From positions 1 to 64,000 of the forward strand of contig JAWXCN010000152.1 of the NCBI GenBank assembly GCA_034408725.1: DNA of 64,000 nucleotides, in the 5' to 3' direction. The notes beneath the pieces are model-generated. The model did not search any database. It was not told the DNA's origin and was given only the letters and a program-made list of their open reading frames with translations. This document shows positions 1-9,500 of this stretch, in pieces; positions within the stretch are counted from its first letter, which is position 1, and each line of letters opens with the position of its first letter. The translations under genes were made by a program, and so were the position numbers. Source of the DNA: Candidatus Hydrogenedentota bacterium (lineage in GTDB: Bacteria; Hydrogenedentota; Hydrogenedentia; Hydrogenedentales; SLHB01).

Positions 1-22
1 CCGCGATTCTCACCCATGCAGG

Positions 23-37
23 GCAACACTCGTGCCA
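23..37 (-). promoter_or_regulatory. Putative sigma54 (RpoN) -24/-12 promoter pointing out of the left edge of the window
   Basis: Minus strand reads TGGCACGAGTGTTGC, an exact match to TGGCACG-N4-TTGC. It is intergenic. The target gene lies outside the window. Confidence 0.65.
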
Positions 38-298
38 AGGATATATCAGTCTATTTCCTTGACTTGCAACACCTGCGCGCATGGCGCCGTATCAAAATCA
101 AACGGCATGTGTTCAAGGTTAAACACGGCCAGCCGCAGATTTCGTCCATCAAAAAGAGAGAAACAACGCACCGCGAAACTGGCCCCATCCAAGCGCCAAC
201 ATGAACTCCGGTAACGGAGGCAAGCTTCGGGCGCCACTACCGCTTTGGCTCTATCAAAGCCTGCGCCTCATGACACAAGCCCTAAATTATCCCCCATC

Positions 299-2881
299 TC
301 AGCTCTTCGCGTTCCAGGTCAACACATAAACTGAGCACGGCTCTAACGTCGCATAATGAAAACCTGGCAACTTATTCAGCGTGCGCGCCGTAATTGCAAC
401 GTCTTCGGCACTCTCGTTGTCCGCATGCAGGCTCGCCGCCGCCAATACGTACTCTTTGGCGCCGCCAATCGCTTTCGATGGTATCCCAATGCGCACACGT
501 TGCGCCACGTCAAGATCGAGGTTGAACACAACGATTCCATGCGATTTGCCATCACGGAAACCATAAGACTGAACGTGTTCAACAGTCGTCGCGCCATGCA
601 CGCCGTTCAATGCCGGCTGGTTCCAACTGGAGCGGATTCCCGTATGCACCGTCTCAACCATGTCCCCTTGAATCGCCTTGTTAACAATTTCCATTCCCAG
701 CCACGCCGGACGTTTCCGTCCCGTGACGTTCAGGTCCCGCAGGCACCCCCAGATTTTGACGTGCTCTCCCCCACCGTGGTTATACGAATGTTGCAGCGCC
801 TGGAAGGCGCACTGCTCGCGCGCGCCAAAAACTTTTTGGTATTGCAACATGATCAGCGGCATCGCGACCCCGCCCGCCATGCTGGTGACAAAGTCGTTCC
901 GGATATCCAGCGGCGCGTCGCCCCCTGTTGTGTGAAAGTTGATCTCGTAAATCGCCATGCGCGTGTTTTGCCCCGTGCTGTCCAATTCCGTCTTGCTGCG
1001 GCGCATATTCCCCGCTTCTGTTTCATAAAAAGCCTTCGCCATGAGCGGCGGAAATATCTCATCATCGTTGTTCCAGGTATCCAGCGATCCAAAGTAGGGC
1101 GCAAGCGCAATCGTCTGATGGTTGTCGCTGTGCAACCCGATTTCCCGTTGACGTCCCGGCCAACCTACCTGCCCGCCAATGATGAAATTAATCTTCGCGC
1201 CGTCGAACGACGGACCGTAATCACGCATTGCGCCGAATCGATCATGGGCCATGTTGCCCAGCCGTTCCCCACCAAACGCCGACGCGCCAAAAAACGGGTC
1301 ACCGCCGGAGGCCGCGCCCCACATCTCGTTGCCCCATTCCAGATGGATCATGGGGAACAAGCCTGTCCACGGCGCAGTCTGCCCAAGCGCCGCGCGCCAT
1401 TCCGCATAGGGATGCTCCGCATCCGCGGGTGCGCAGAGGTATTCGCTGAGGTTCACCATTTCATCGGCCGTGAACGTCGGAGGAATCACGTACCAGGGCT
1501 CGGCGCCAACCTCCCGGCACAGCTCGAGGAATTCGTGCAACGAATAACTGAATTCGCCCGCCACCCGCGTATGGGGCCGCCAACCCACCGTTTTTCGGGC
1601 AAACGGCTCCGCCAATTGGTTGTCAAGACTGGAACCCAACTGGTTGCCCCAATCCCGAAGCACCCCAGGACGCAACTCTTTCAGCCTATCCACAAACGCA
1701 TCACAAAACACCGTTGGGTTTGTTTCGTTGCTCTTGTATAGCTCGAGGTCATCCAGCCAAACTTCATTGCCCTCGTTCGTGAACATCTTGAAAACAATCA
1801 ATGGGCGATACTCGTCCGGTGCATAAGCGCGGCGCTGGTCTTGTCCCACCGGAATCAGCCGGTTGAATTCGTACCGCTTCCATTCCGTCGTAAGGTTCAC
1901 TGTTTCATTGAAAAACGTGCCCTCACTTTCCCTCCGGAATTCCACCCGCACCTTCGCCGAGTCCGACGACCCCTTCGCCCAGAACGCAAGGCGATAGGGT
2001 CCTTCGACAATCATCATTTTTCCCGCGGACGGATCACTGTCCCGCCAGAAGCTATCCATGTACAACGTGTACGACGCGATCCACGGGGCGCCGCTGTATT
2101 GCATGCGCAACGATTGCGTGCCGGGGCTGCCGGGCCGGACTGTCGACGTGTCGATGGAATCCAAATCCATTCCCGGATAGCTTGCAATTCCCTCGAATGT
2201 TTTCCGGGCCGAGACAACATCCAGTGGATTCAACGCAATGTCGCTGGTATCCAGGTCGAAGGTATAACGGTTGTCCTCGGAATGACTGAATCTTTGAATG
2301 TTCCCGTTGCGCCCTTTTTCCGGTCCAAACAGAATCTCGTAAGTTCCCCCATCCCAGAATCCTTCCGGCTGGCCAATTCCCCAATGATCGACGTTCCACG
2401 AGGTATCCCAGAACGCCTGATAAAGGGTGCTACCCGTCGAGCCATGATCTACATGCAACAATGTGCCGTACTCGCCCGATTCGAATCCTGGGTTCGGAAT
2501 CAGGTTTTTGATGTACTGCGCCGCGCCATAGATATCCCGCGAACCAATGTTCATACCCAGACGTTTGGCATCCGGCAGGATCACGTTCGTGTGCATGTCG
2601 ATATAGGTTACCGAAAGCGCCTTTGCGCGCAATCCGCGGGTTGGCGTAGTTCCTCCACCATTCGGTCTGCCTTTTTGACGGATTCCTGGCGCAGGCAAAG
2701 TTGCAGGCCCACCCTCTAAATACACCCGATAGTCTTGAGGTTTGGGGTTCAACGACGGTTGCGAAACTGCCTGTTCTGATGGTGCGTAACCACCATCGTC
2801 AGCATACGTTAGCGGAGCCAAGACGCAGGCCGGCCAGCATGCAAAACACAGCAAAAAGACATAGCAATGTTGATGACTCAT
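299..2881 (-). CDS. Secreted clan GH-A glycoside hydrolase (GH51 / alpha-L-arabinofuranosidase-like) with a CBM4_9-like module
   Basis: ORF 299..3055, trimmed to ATG 2881 (GGGGA RBS, followed by the hydrophobic signal peptide MSHQHCYVFLLCFACWPACVLAPLTYA). Motifs: NLIPNPGFE and YRLAFWAKG..VWLDDLEL (CBM4_9-like), LRPGVLR, EFLELCREVGAEPW, LEWGNEMW (acid/base Glu), IYEINFHT (nucleophile), and a GH51-like C-terminal beta-sandwich (ADNE...LEPCSVYVL). Confidence 0.7.
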   Translation of the reverse strand: MSHQHCYVFLLCFACWPACVLAPLTYADDGGYAPSEQAVSQPSLNPKPQDYRVYLEGGPATLPAPGIRQKGRPNGGGTTPTRGLRAKALSVTYIDMHTNVILPDAKRLGMNIGSRDIYGAAQYIKNLIPNPGFESGEYGTLLHVDHGSTGSTLYQAFWDTSWNVDHWGIGQPEGFWDGGTYEILFGPEKGRNGNIQRFSHSEDNRYTFDLDTSDIALNPLDVVSARKTFEGIASYPGMDLDSIDTSTVRPGSPGTQSLRMQYSGAPWIASYTLYMDSFWRDSDPSAGKMMIVEGPYRLAFWAKGSSDSAKVRVEFRRESEGTFFNETVNLTTEWKRYEFNRLIPVGQDQRRAYAPDEYRPLIVFKMFTNEGNEVWLDDLELYKSNETNPTVFCDAFVDRLKELRPGVLRDWGNQLGSSLDNQLAEPFARKTVGWRPHTRVAGEFSYSLHEFLELCREVGAEPWYVIPPTFTADEMVNLSEYLCAPADAEHPYAEWRAALGQTAPWTGLFPMIHLEWGNEMWGAASGGDPFFGASAFGGERLGNMAHDRFGAMRDYGPSFDGAKINFIIGGQVGWPGRQREIGLHSDNHQTIALAPYFGSLDTWNNDDEIFPPLMAKAFYETEAGNMRRSKTELDSTGQNTRMAIYEINFHTTGGDAPLDIRNDFVTSMAGGVAMPLIMLQYQKVFGAREQCAFQALQHSYNHGGGEHVKIWGCLRDLNVTGRKRPAWLGMEIVNKAIQGDMVETVHTGIRSSWNQPALNGVHGATTVEHVQSYGFRDGKSHGIVVFNLDLDVAQRVRIGIPSKAIGGAKEYVLAAASLHADNESAEDVAITARTLNKLPGFHYATLEPCSVYVLTWNAKS

Positions 2882-2917
2882 AGCAATTCCCCAAGGCAAC
2901 ACAGTTGCGTACCTAAG

Positions 2918-2932
2918 CCAAGAACCGTGCCA
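2918..2932 (-). promoter_or_regulatory. Putative sigma54-type promoter (variant -12, TTGG) for the glycoside hydrolase
   Basis: Minus strand TGGCACGGTTCTTGG: perfect -24 box and correct spacing, GG instead of GC at -12, 37 nt upstream of ATG 2881. Confidence 0.4.
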
Positions 2933-3228
2933 TCCCCGCACTATCCGGGCTGACCGGCACTCACTTTCCAGGTCACCGTGTTGCACTGGGTACTGGCGAA
3001 GGCACACAGTTTTGTCAAAAGTGAATAAAGTATTGCCAAGGGTTGCACCGTCCAAAACTGTGAAATCTTGCGGATGTGCTATTGAATAACTGTTCTATTA
3101 TCCTGTCCTCATAAAAGTGATGTCTTCGGCAAAATCATGTGGCCAATCGAGTTATTTGCCCTCTGTGCCGCGATTTTCAGAATTGACAGACCTACACTTT
3201 CGCAAACTAATCTCTTGACATAAAAAGT

Positions 3229-3244
3229 TGGCAATCATCTTGCT
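3229..3244 (+). promoter_or_regulatory. Putative sigma54 promoter for the giant surface protein
   Basis: TGGCAATCATCTTGCT has GG-N10-GC spacing in an AT-rich intergenic region. The TTGACA at 3215-3220 has no good -10 at 17-bp spacing. Confidence 0.5.
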
Positions 3245-3506
3245 CTCCCTTTGGTGTTGTTCCGGCGATTACGCCTGGATTCGGGCTTGGAAAACCGGTT
3301 CAGGCTTTCCTCCCGGCGGCGAATGCCAAACGTAGGCTGTGCGGATGGCGCCAATGCCGCCTCAGTCGGAGGCATGAAAGTCCTCTACCGCCGTATTGAC
3401 CTGGTGCTGAACCAGGAAGTGGATCGCTGTGCCTTGCGACTTTTGGGAAGAGAGGGGCGAAAAACGCATGCGGATGTCGTTAGCCAACCGAATCGAGGGT
3501 TCGTTC

Positions 3507-6500
3507 ATGTGTTCGTTTACGATGGGGAAGAACTTGTTTCGCAATGCCGCATTAGTGGCATGCTTGCTGACAACGGCGCTCCCCGCGTTTTCTGCGGAAG
3601 ATGCGTTCCTCGTCAGGGACATTCTCTCGGGAACAGGCAGCTCCACGCCGACGGGCCAAACGGTGCTGGGGACAAAAGCCTATTTCAGCGCCGCGGCCTC
3701 CGGAACGAACACTGAACTTTGGATGAGCGACGGAACAAACGCTGGAACAGTGCTGGTGCGGGAAATTCAGGCGGGCGGGACCGGATCGGCGCCATCCAAT
3801 TTTGCCGCGACAAGCACCTTCGTATTTTTTGTGGCAAATGACGGCTCCTCCGGCGCCGAACCCTACGCAAGCAATGGAACGGTCGGCAGTGGAACCCTGC
3901 TGATGAACATCCGGCCAGGGGGAACTGGCTCGACCGTGGCAAATCAAACGGCCGCAGGAACCCGCGTCTATTTCACCGCGAACGACAATTCGACGGGCAT
4001 AGAACTTTATGTAACCGATGGCACACCCGCGGGCACGTTGCGTCCACGTGATATCCGGACAGGCGCGGGCAATTCCTCGACGCCGCTGTTATTGACCCCG
4101 CTTGGCAACTCCGTTGTGTTTGAGGCGACCGATGGAACGAACGGAATCGAGCCGTGGGTCAGTGATGGCACATTGGCAGGCACGATACAACTCGCGAATC
4201 TCGCGTCGGGCGGCGCAAGTTCGAATCCAACCTCTATGGAGGTAGTGCCGGCGTTGGGCTTTGTCTTCTTTGATGCCGACGCGGCCGGCTCTATCGGCCG
4301 AGAGTTGTACCGGACCAATGGCACTGCCGCCGGCACCGTACTGGTCTCCAACATCAATTCGGCCGGGAATGATGCAAACCCCACCAACCTTTCCAGCGCT
4401 CTGGGTCTGTTGTTTTTCTCCGCCGACAGCGGCGGAAACGGAATCGAACCGTATGTGACGAATGGTACCGGGGCGGGCACCATCCAGATTTCCAACATCA
4501 GCAGCGGTGGCGGTGACTCGAATCCCTATGGTTTCACCGAAGCCGGAACCTTGGTCTATTTCGCTGCGGATGGATCGAACGGCATTGAATTGTACAAGTC
4601 ACACGGCACCACGGGCGGTACGGCATTGGTCGAGGATATCCGCAGCGGCGGCCAGGATTCGACACCCGCTAATTTCACCGCATTCGGAACGAAACTGTTT
4701 TTCACGGCGAACGACGGCGGCGGGGTGGAACCCTGGATCAGCGACGGGACCGCGGCAGGCACTTTCGAATTGGGCGACATCAACAGCGGTAACGGGTCTT
4801 CGAATCCCGGAAACATCGTCGTAACGCCTACCTATGTGTATTTCACCGCGGACGACAACGGCAGCACGGGCATCGAATGGTGGCGGACTGACGGAACGAC
4901 CACTGGTACGATTCAGGTGCATGACATACGCGGAGGTGGTAACGATGCCGCGGTATCGGGCGCCGTGACAACCAACGGATACGTATTGTTTAGCGCCAGC
5001 AACGGCACGGGCGGTGGCCAATCTGGCCAGGAACTATGGGGCATTGAATATACCTTCCCGACGGCGGTGTCCATCGTACGCGCAAGCGCGGACCCTACGA
5101 ACGCGGCGACGGTAAACTTTACCGTGACGTTTAGCGAAGGTGTTTCAGGTGTGAATGCCGGCGATTTTGCCTTTACCACGACGGGCTCGATGGCCGGAAT
5201 GTCCATTGCCAGTGTAACGCCTGTTTCCACGACCGTCTATACCGTTACGGTCAATACAGGCACGGGCGCCGGTACGCTCCGATTGGACATTGACGATAAT
5301 GATTCCATTCAAGACCTTCAGGGTAGTAATAACCCGCTTGGAAATACGGGTGTAGTCAACGGAGATTTCACTTCCGGTCAGTCCTATACCGTGGATCGTC
5401 AGGCGCCGTCGGTCGCATCAATCGTGCTGCTGGACCCGAATCCAACCGTGGCAGCATCGGTAGATTACAGTGTCACGATCTCCGAGAACGTGACGGGCGT
5501 CAACGCGGCAGACTTTAGTTTAACGACGGCCGGAATTACCGGTGCGGCGATCACGGGTGTCGTTCAGAACACGCCAAGCAACTATACCGTTTCCGTTAGC
5601 ACCGGCATCGGCGGCGGCACAATTCGTCTTGACGTAACGGATAACGACTCGATTATTGATGGGTTCTCGAATCCGCTCGGAGGAGCTGGCGCCGGGAATG
5701 GCTCGTACACCGCCGGACCCAGTTACAACATTGATCTCGTCCCGCCATCCGTTTCCACAATCACTCGCGCGGACGCCAATCCCACGAACGCGGCAAGCGT
5801 CGGCTTCACCGTAACGTTTTCGGAAAACGTCACTGGCGTGACAACGGGAGATTTTGCACTCACGACAACCGGAATCGGAGGCGCGTCTGTTAGCAGTGTC
5901 ACACCTGTATCGGCGAGCGTATACACGGTCGCCGTCAATACAGGGTCAGGCTCCGGGACTGTTCGGTTGGACGTCGTGGATGATGACACCATTCTCGATC
6001 TCGTTGGCAATAGGCTCGGCGGACTCGGCGCGGGAACGGGCAATTTCAATGCCGGCCAAGTTTACACCATCGATAAAGTTACTCCCGGTGTTCAAAGCAT
6101 TGTGCGCGCAGCCACAAATCCGACAAACGCGGCCAGCGTTACCTTCACCGTGACCTTCAGCGAAGACGTAACGGGAGTGAACAACGGCGACTTCACGCTT
6201 TCGACCTCCGGCGTCGCTGGCGCTTCTGTTTCCGGCACGGTGCAGAACACGCCGAATATCTACAGCGTTACCGTCAATACCGGCACTGGATCAGGCACGG
6301 TCCGCCTGGATATCACGGACAACGATTCTATTCAGGATGCGGCGGGCAATCGCCTGGGTGGAACTGGCAATGGAAACGGCAATTTTAACGCCGGTGAAGT
6401 GTATACCATCGACAAAACCGGTCCGGCAGCGCTCTCGATAGTTCGCGCCGCGGCCAGCCCGACAAATGCGGCCTCAATACCGTTTACCGTAACGTTTAGT

Positions 6501-9500
6501 GAAAACGCCACCGGCGTAAACGGCGCGGATTTCAATCTTACAACGACGGGCGTCGCGGGCGCATCCGTTGGTTCGGTGTCGCAGGTAACACCGGATGTGT
6601 ACACCGTCAATGTCAATTCCGGCACGGGCACCGGCACTGTCCGGCTCAACTTTAATGACAACGATTCTGTGATTGATGCGCTCGGGAACCCTTCGGGTGG
6701 AGCGGGCGCCGGCAACGGAAACTTCTCGGCCGGCGAAGTCTACACCATCGACCGGACTGGGCCGACCGTATCCACGATCAATCGTCTGGATACAAACCCA
6801 ACTTCAGCGGCCGTCGTCGATTACGAGGTGACGTTTAGCGAAAGCGTCACCGGCGTAAACGCTGGAGATTTCACCTTCACGCTCACGGGAGGCGTCGCGG
6901 GGGCATCGGTCGCAAACGTTACCGAAAATACGCCGAGCACGTATACCGTCGCCGTGAACACCGGGACGGGAGCGGGCACGCTTCGCCTGAATTTCACGGA
7001 CAATGATTCCGTCGTGGATGGGTTGGGGAACGTGGCGGGCGGCGCGGGAGCGGGCAACGCCAATTTCACGACCGGCCAAGTCTATACCATAGACCGCACG
7101 GCACCCGGTGTTTCGACAATCACCCGCGCGGACGCCAACCCGACGAACTTGGCCAGCGTGGACTTCACGGTGACGTTCACGGAAAACGTCACCGGTGTCG
7201 ATACGGCCGACTTCGCATTGAACATTACGGGATTGACCGGCACTTCGGTTACCTCCGTCACCCCCGTATCGGGCACGGTTTATACCGTAGCTGTTTCAAC
7301 CGGCTCTGGCTCGGGCACGCTGCGTCTTGATGTCGCCGATAACGACACCATTGCGGATACCGCGTCGAATCTTCTCGGCGGCGCGGGCGCCGGAAACGGA
7401 AACTTCACCGGAGGCCAGTCGTACACGGTTGATAACGAACCGCCGTCCGTTCTCAGTATCGTGCGCGCGGGAGCCAACCCGACCAACGCCGCCGATGTGT
7501 CGTTCACCGTGACGTTCTCCGAAAATGTCACTGGCGTGAACAATACTGACTTCTCATTGACGACCGGGCTGTCCGGTACCGGGATCACCAGCACGACCCA
7601 AAATACGCCGAGCACATACACCGTCCTCGTAGATGCCGGCACTGGGTCTGGAACACTGCGCCTGAACGTGATTGACAACGACTCTATTCGCGACACGCTC
7701 ACCAATAGGCTCGGCGGAAATGGAAACGGAAACGGAAATTTCACCTCCGGCGAGTCATATGACATCGATCGGACAGCACCAACAGTCCTCTCGATTAATT
7801 GCGACGACCCGAATCCAACGAGTGCCGCGGTCGTCTCGTTCACCGTTACGTTCAGCGAAGCGGTCACAGGTGTAAACAATGGCGATTTCGCACTTCAGGT
7901 GTCAGGCGTCACCGGCGCCACGATAGGCACGACCACTCCAATTACCACAAGCACCTACACGGTTACGGTCAATACCGGAACAGGAGCGGGTACGATTCGG
8001 TTGAATCTGAATGACAACGATTCGATTCGTGATCTCGCAACCAATTTCCTGGGTGGTAGCGGCTCGGGGAACGGAAACTTCACGGGACAGCAATACACCG
8101 TGGATACCAATTTCCCCACTGTGACTTCGATTAACAGAGTGGAGGCCAATCCGACAAATCTCGCCAGCGTCAACTATCTGGTTACATTTAGCGAGAACGT
8201 AACAGGCGTGAACGCTGGCGACTTCTCCGTGTCCGCGGTGACGGTTGCCGGCGCCACAATTTCAAACGTATCTCAGAACACTCCCAGCACGTATACCGTG
8301 ACGGTAAGCACCGGAACGGGCGACGGCACCTTGCGGCTTGACTTCATTGATAACGATTCAGTGAAGGATACGTCTGGAAATGCGACCGGCGGAACAGGCC
8401 CGAACAACGGCAATTTTACGACTGGCCAAAGTTACACAGTGGACAAAACGAGTCCCACTGCGACGTTTGTAATGCCCGATCCAAATCCAACCCGCTCCAA
8501 TAAGGTGGATTTCACACTCAGTTTCAGTGAAAGCGTTGGTACATCGTTCGACGAGACAGACGTAGCCGTCTATGGATCCACAGGGATCGGCGGACGCACG
8601 TCCGTGAGCGTTACGGGCTCCGGCGCGATTTACAACGTTGAAGTGAAAATCGTCGCGGGCAATATCGACGGCATCATCGGCATTACTATCGGTTCGAACG
8701 TGTTTGATTTGGCAGGAAATCCGTTCGGCGGAGCGTCGTCACCTGAAACCTATACGGTCGACAACACGCCGCCGACAGCCATAGTCACACTGACCGATCC
8801 GAATCCAACCAATCTCAACGCTGTTCATTTTAACGTCCTGTTCAGCGAACTCGTCGGCACGACATTTGGAAATGGCGATGTAACGGTCGCGGGCACTCTC
8901 GCGGGCGGCGCAACCAAATCCGTGTCCGGCTCCGATCCCAACTACACGGTGACAATTACTCCAAGCAATCCAAACGCGGACGGGACGATTGATATTATTA
9001 TCGGAACAAATGTGAAGGATATCGCCGGCAATAACTTCGAAGGTGCCGCGTCCCCGACAAGTTACATCATCGATAATTCGTTCCCCATGGTGTCCTCAAT
9101 CGTGCGCGCTGATGCGAACCCTACCATTGCACCGACGGTAAATTTCACTGTTATGTTCAGTGAAGATGTGTCCGGCGTCGGAACTGGTGACTTCGTGCTC
9201 ACGACAACTGGCGTCTCGGGAGCGTCGATCGTGTCCCGCACGGTCCTTACGCCAAATACTTATACCATCACCGTGAATACGGGATCAGGATCCGGAACGA
9301 TCCGGCTCGATCTCGATGATAACGACTCCATCGACGACATCAGCGGCAATCCGCTGGGTGGCGCGGGCCTGGGTAACGGTATCTTCACCACGGGTGAGGT
9401 GTACAACATCGACCACACGCCGCCAACCGTCCAATCCATCGTGCGCGCGAATGCAAACCCGACAAACGCCGCGACCGTTCAGTACACGGTGACGTTCAAC

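Noticed and set aside
356..1741. 461-aa plus-strand ORF
   Set aside because: Antisense shadow of the glycoside hydrolase. It is Arg/His-rich with no motifs, as is typical of GC-rich coding DNA.
3310..3385. GAATGCCAAACGTAGG...CGGAGGC as a TPP or c-di-AMP (ydaO) riboswitch
   Set aside because: Only fragmentary resemblance. The TPP CTGAGA core and the ydaO CCCG.CAGCTAAC core are missing. Kept only as an unclassified leader.
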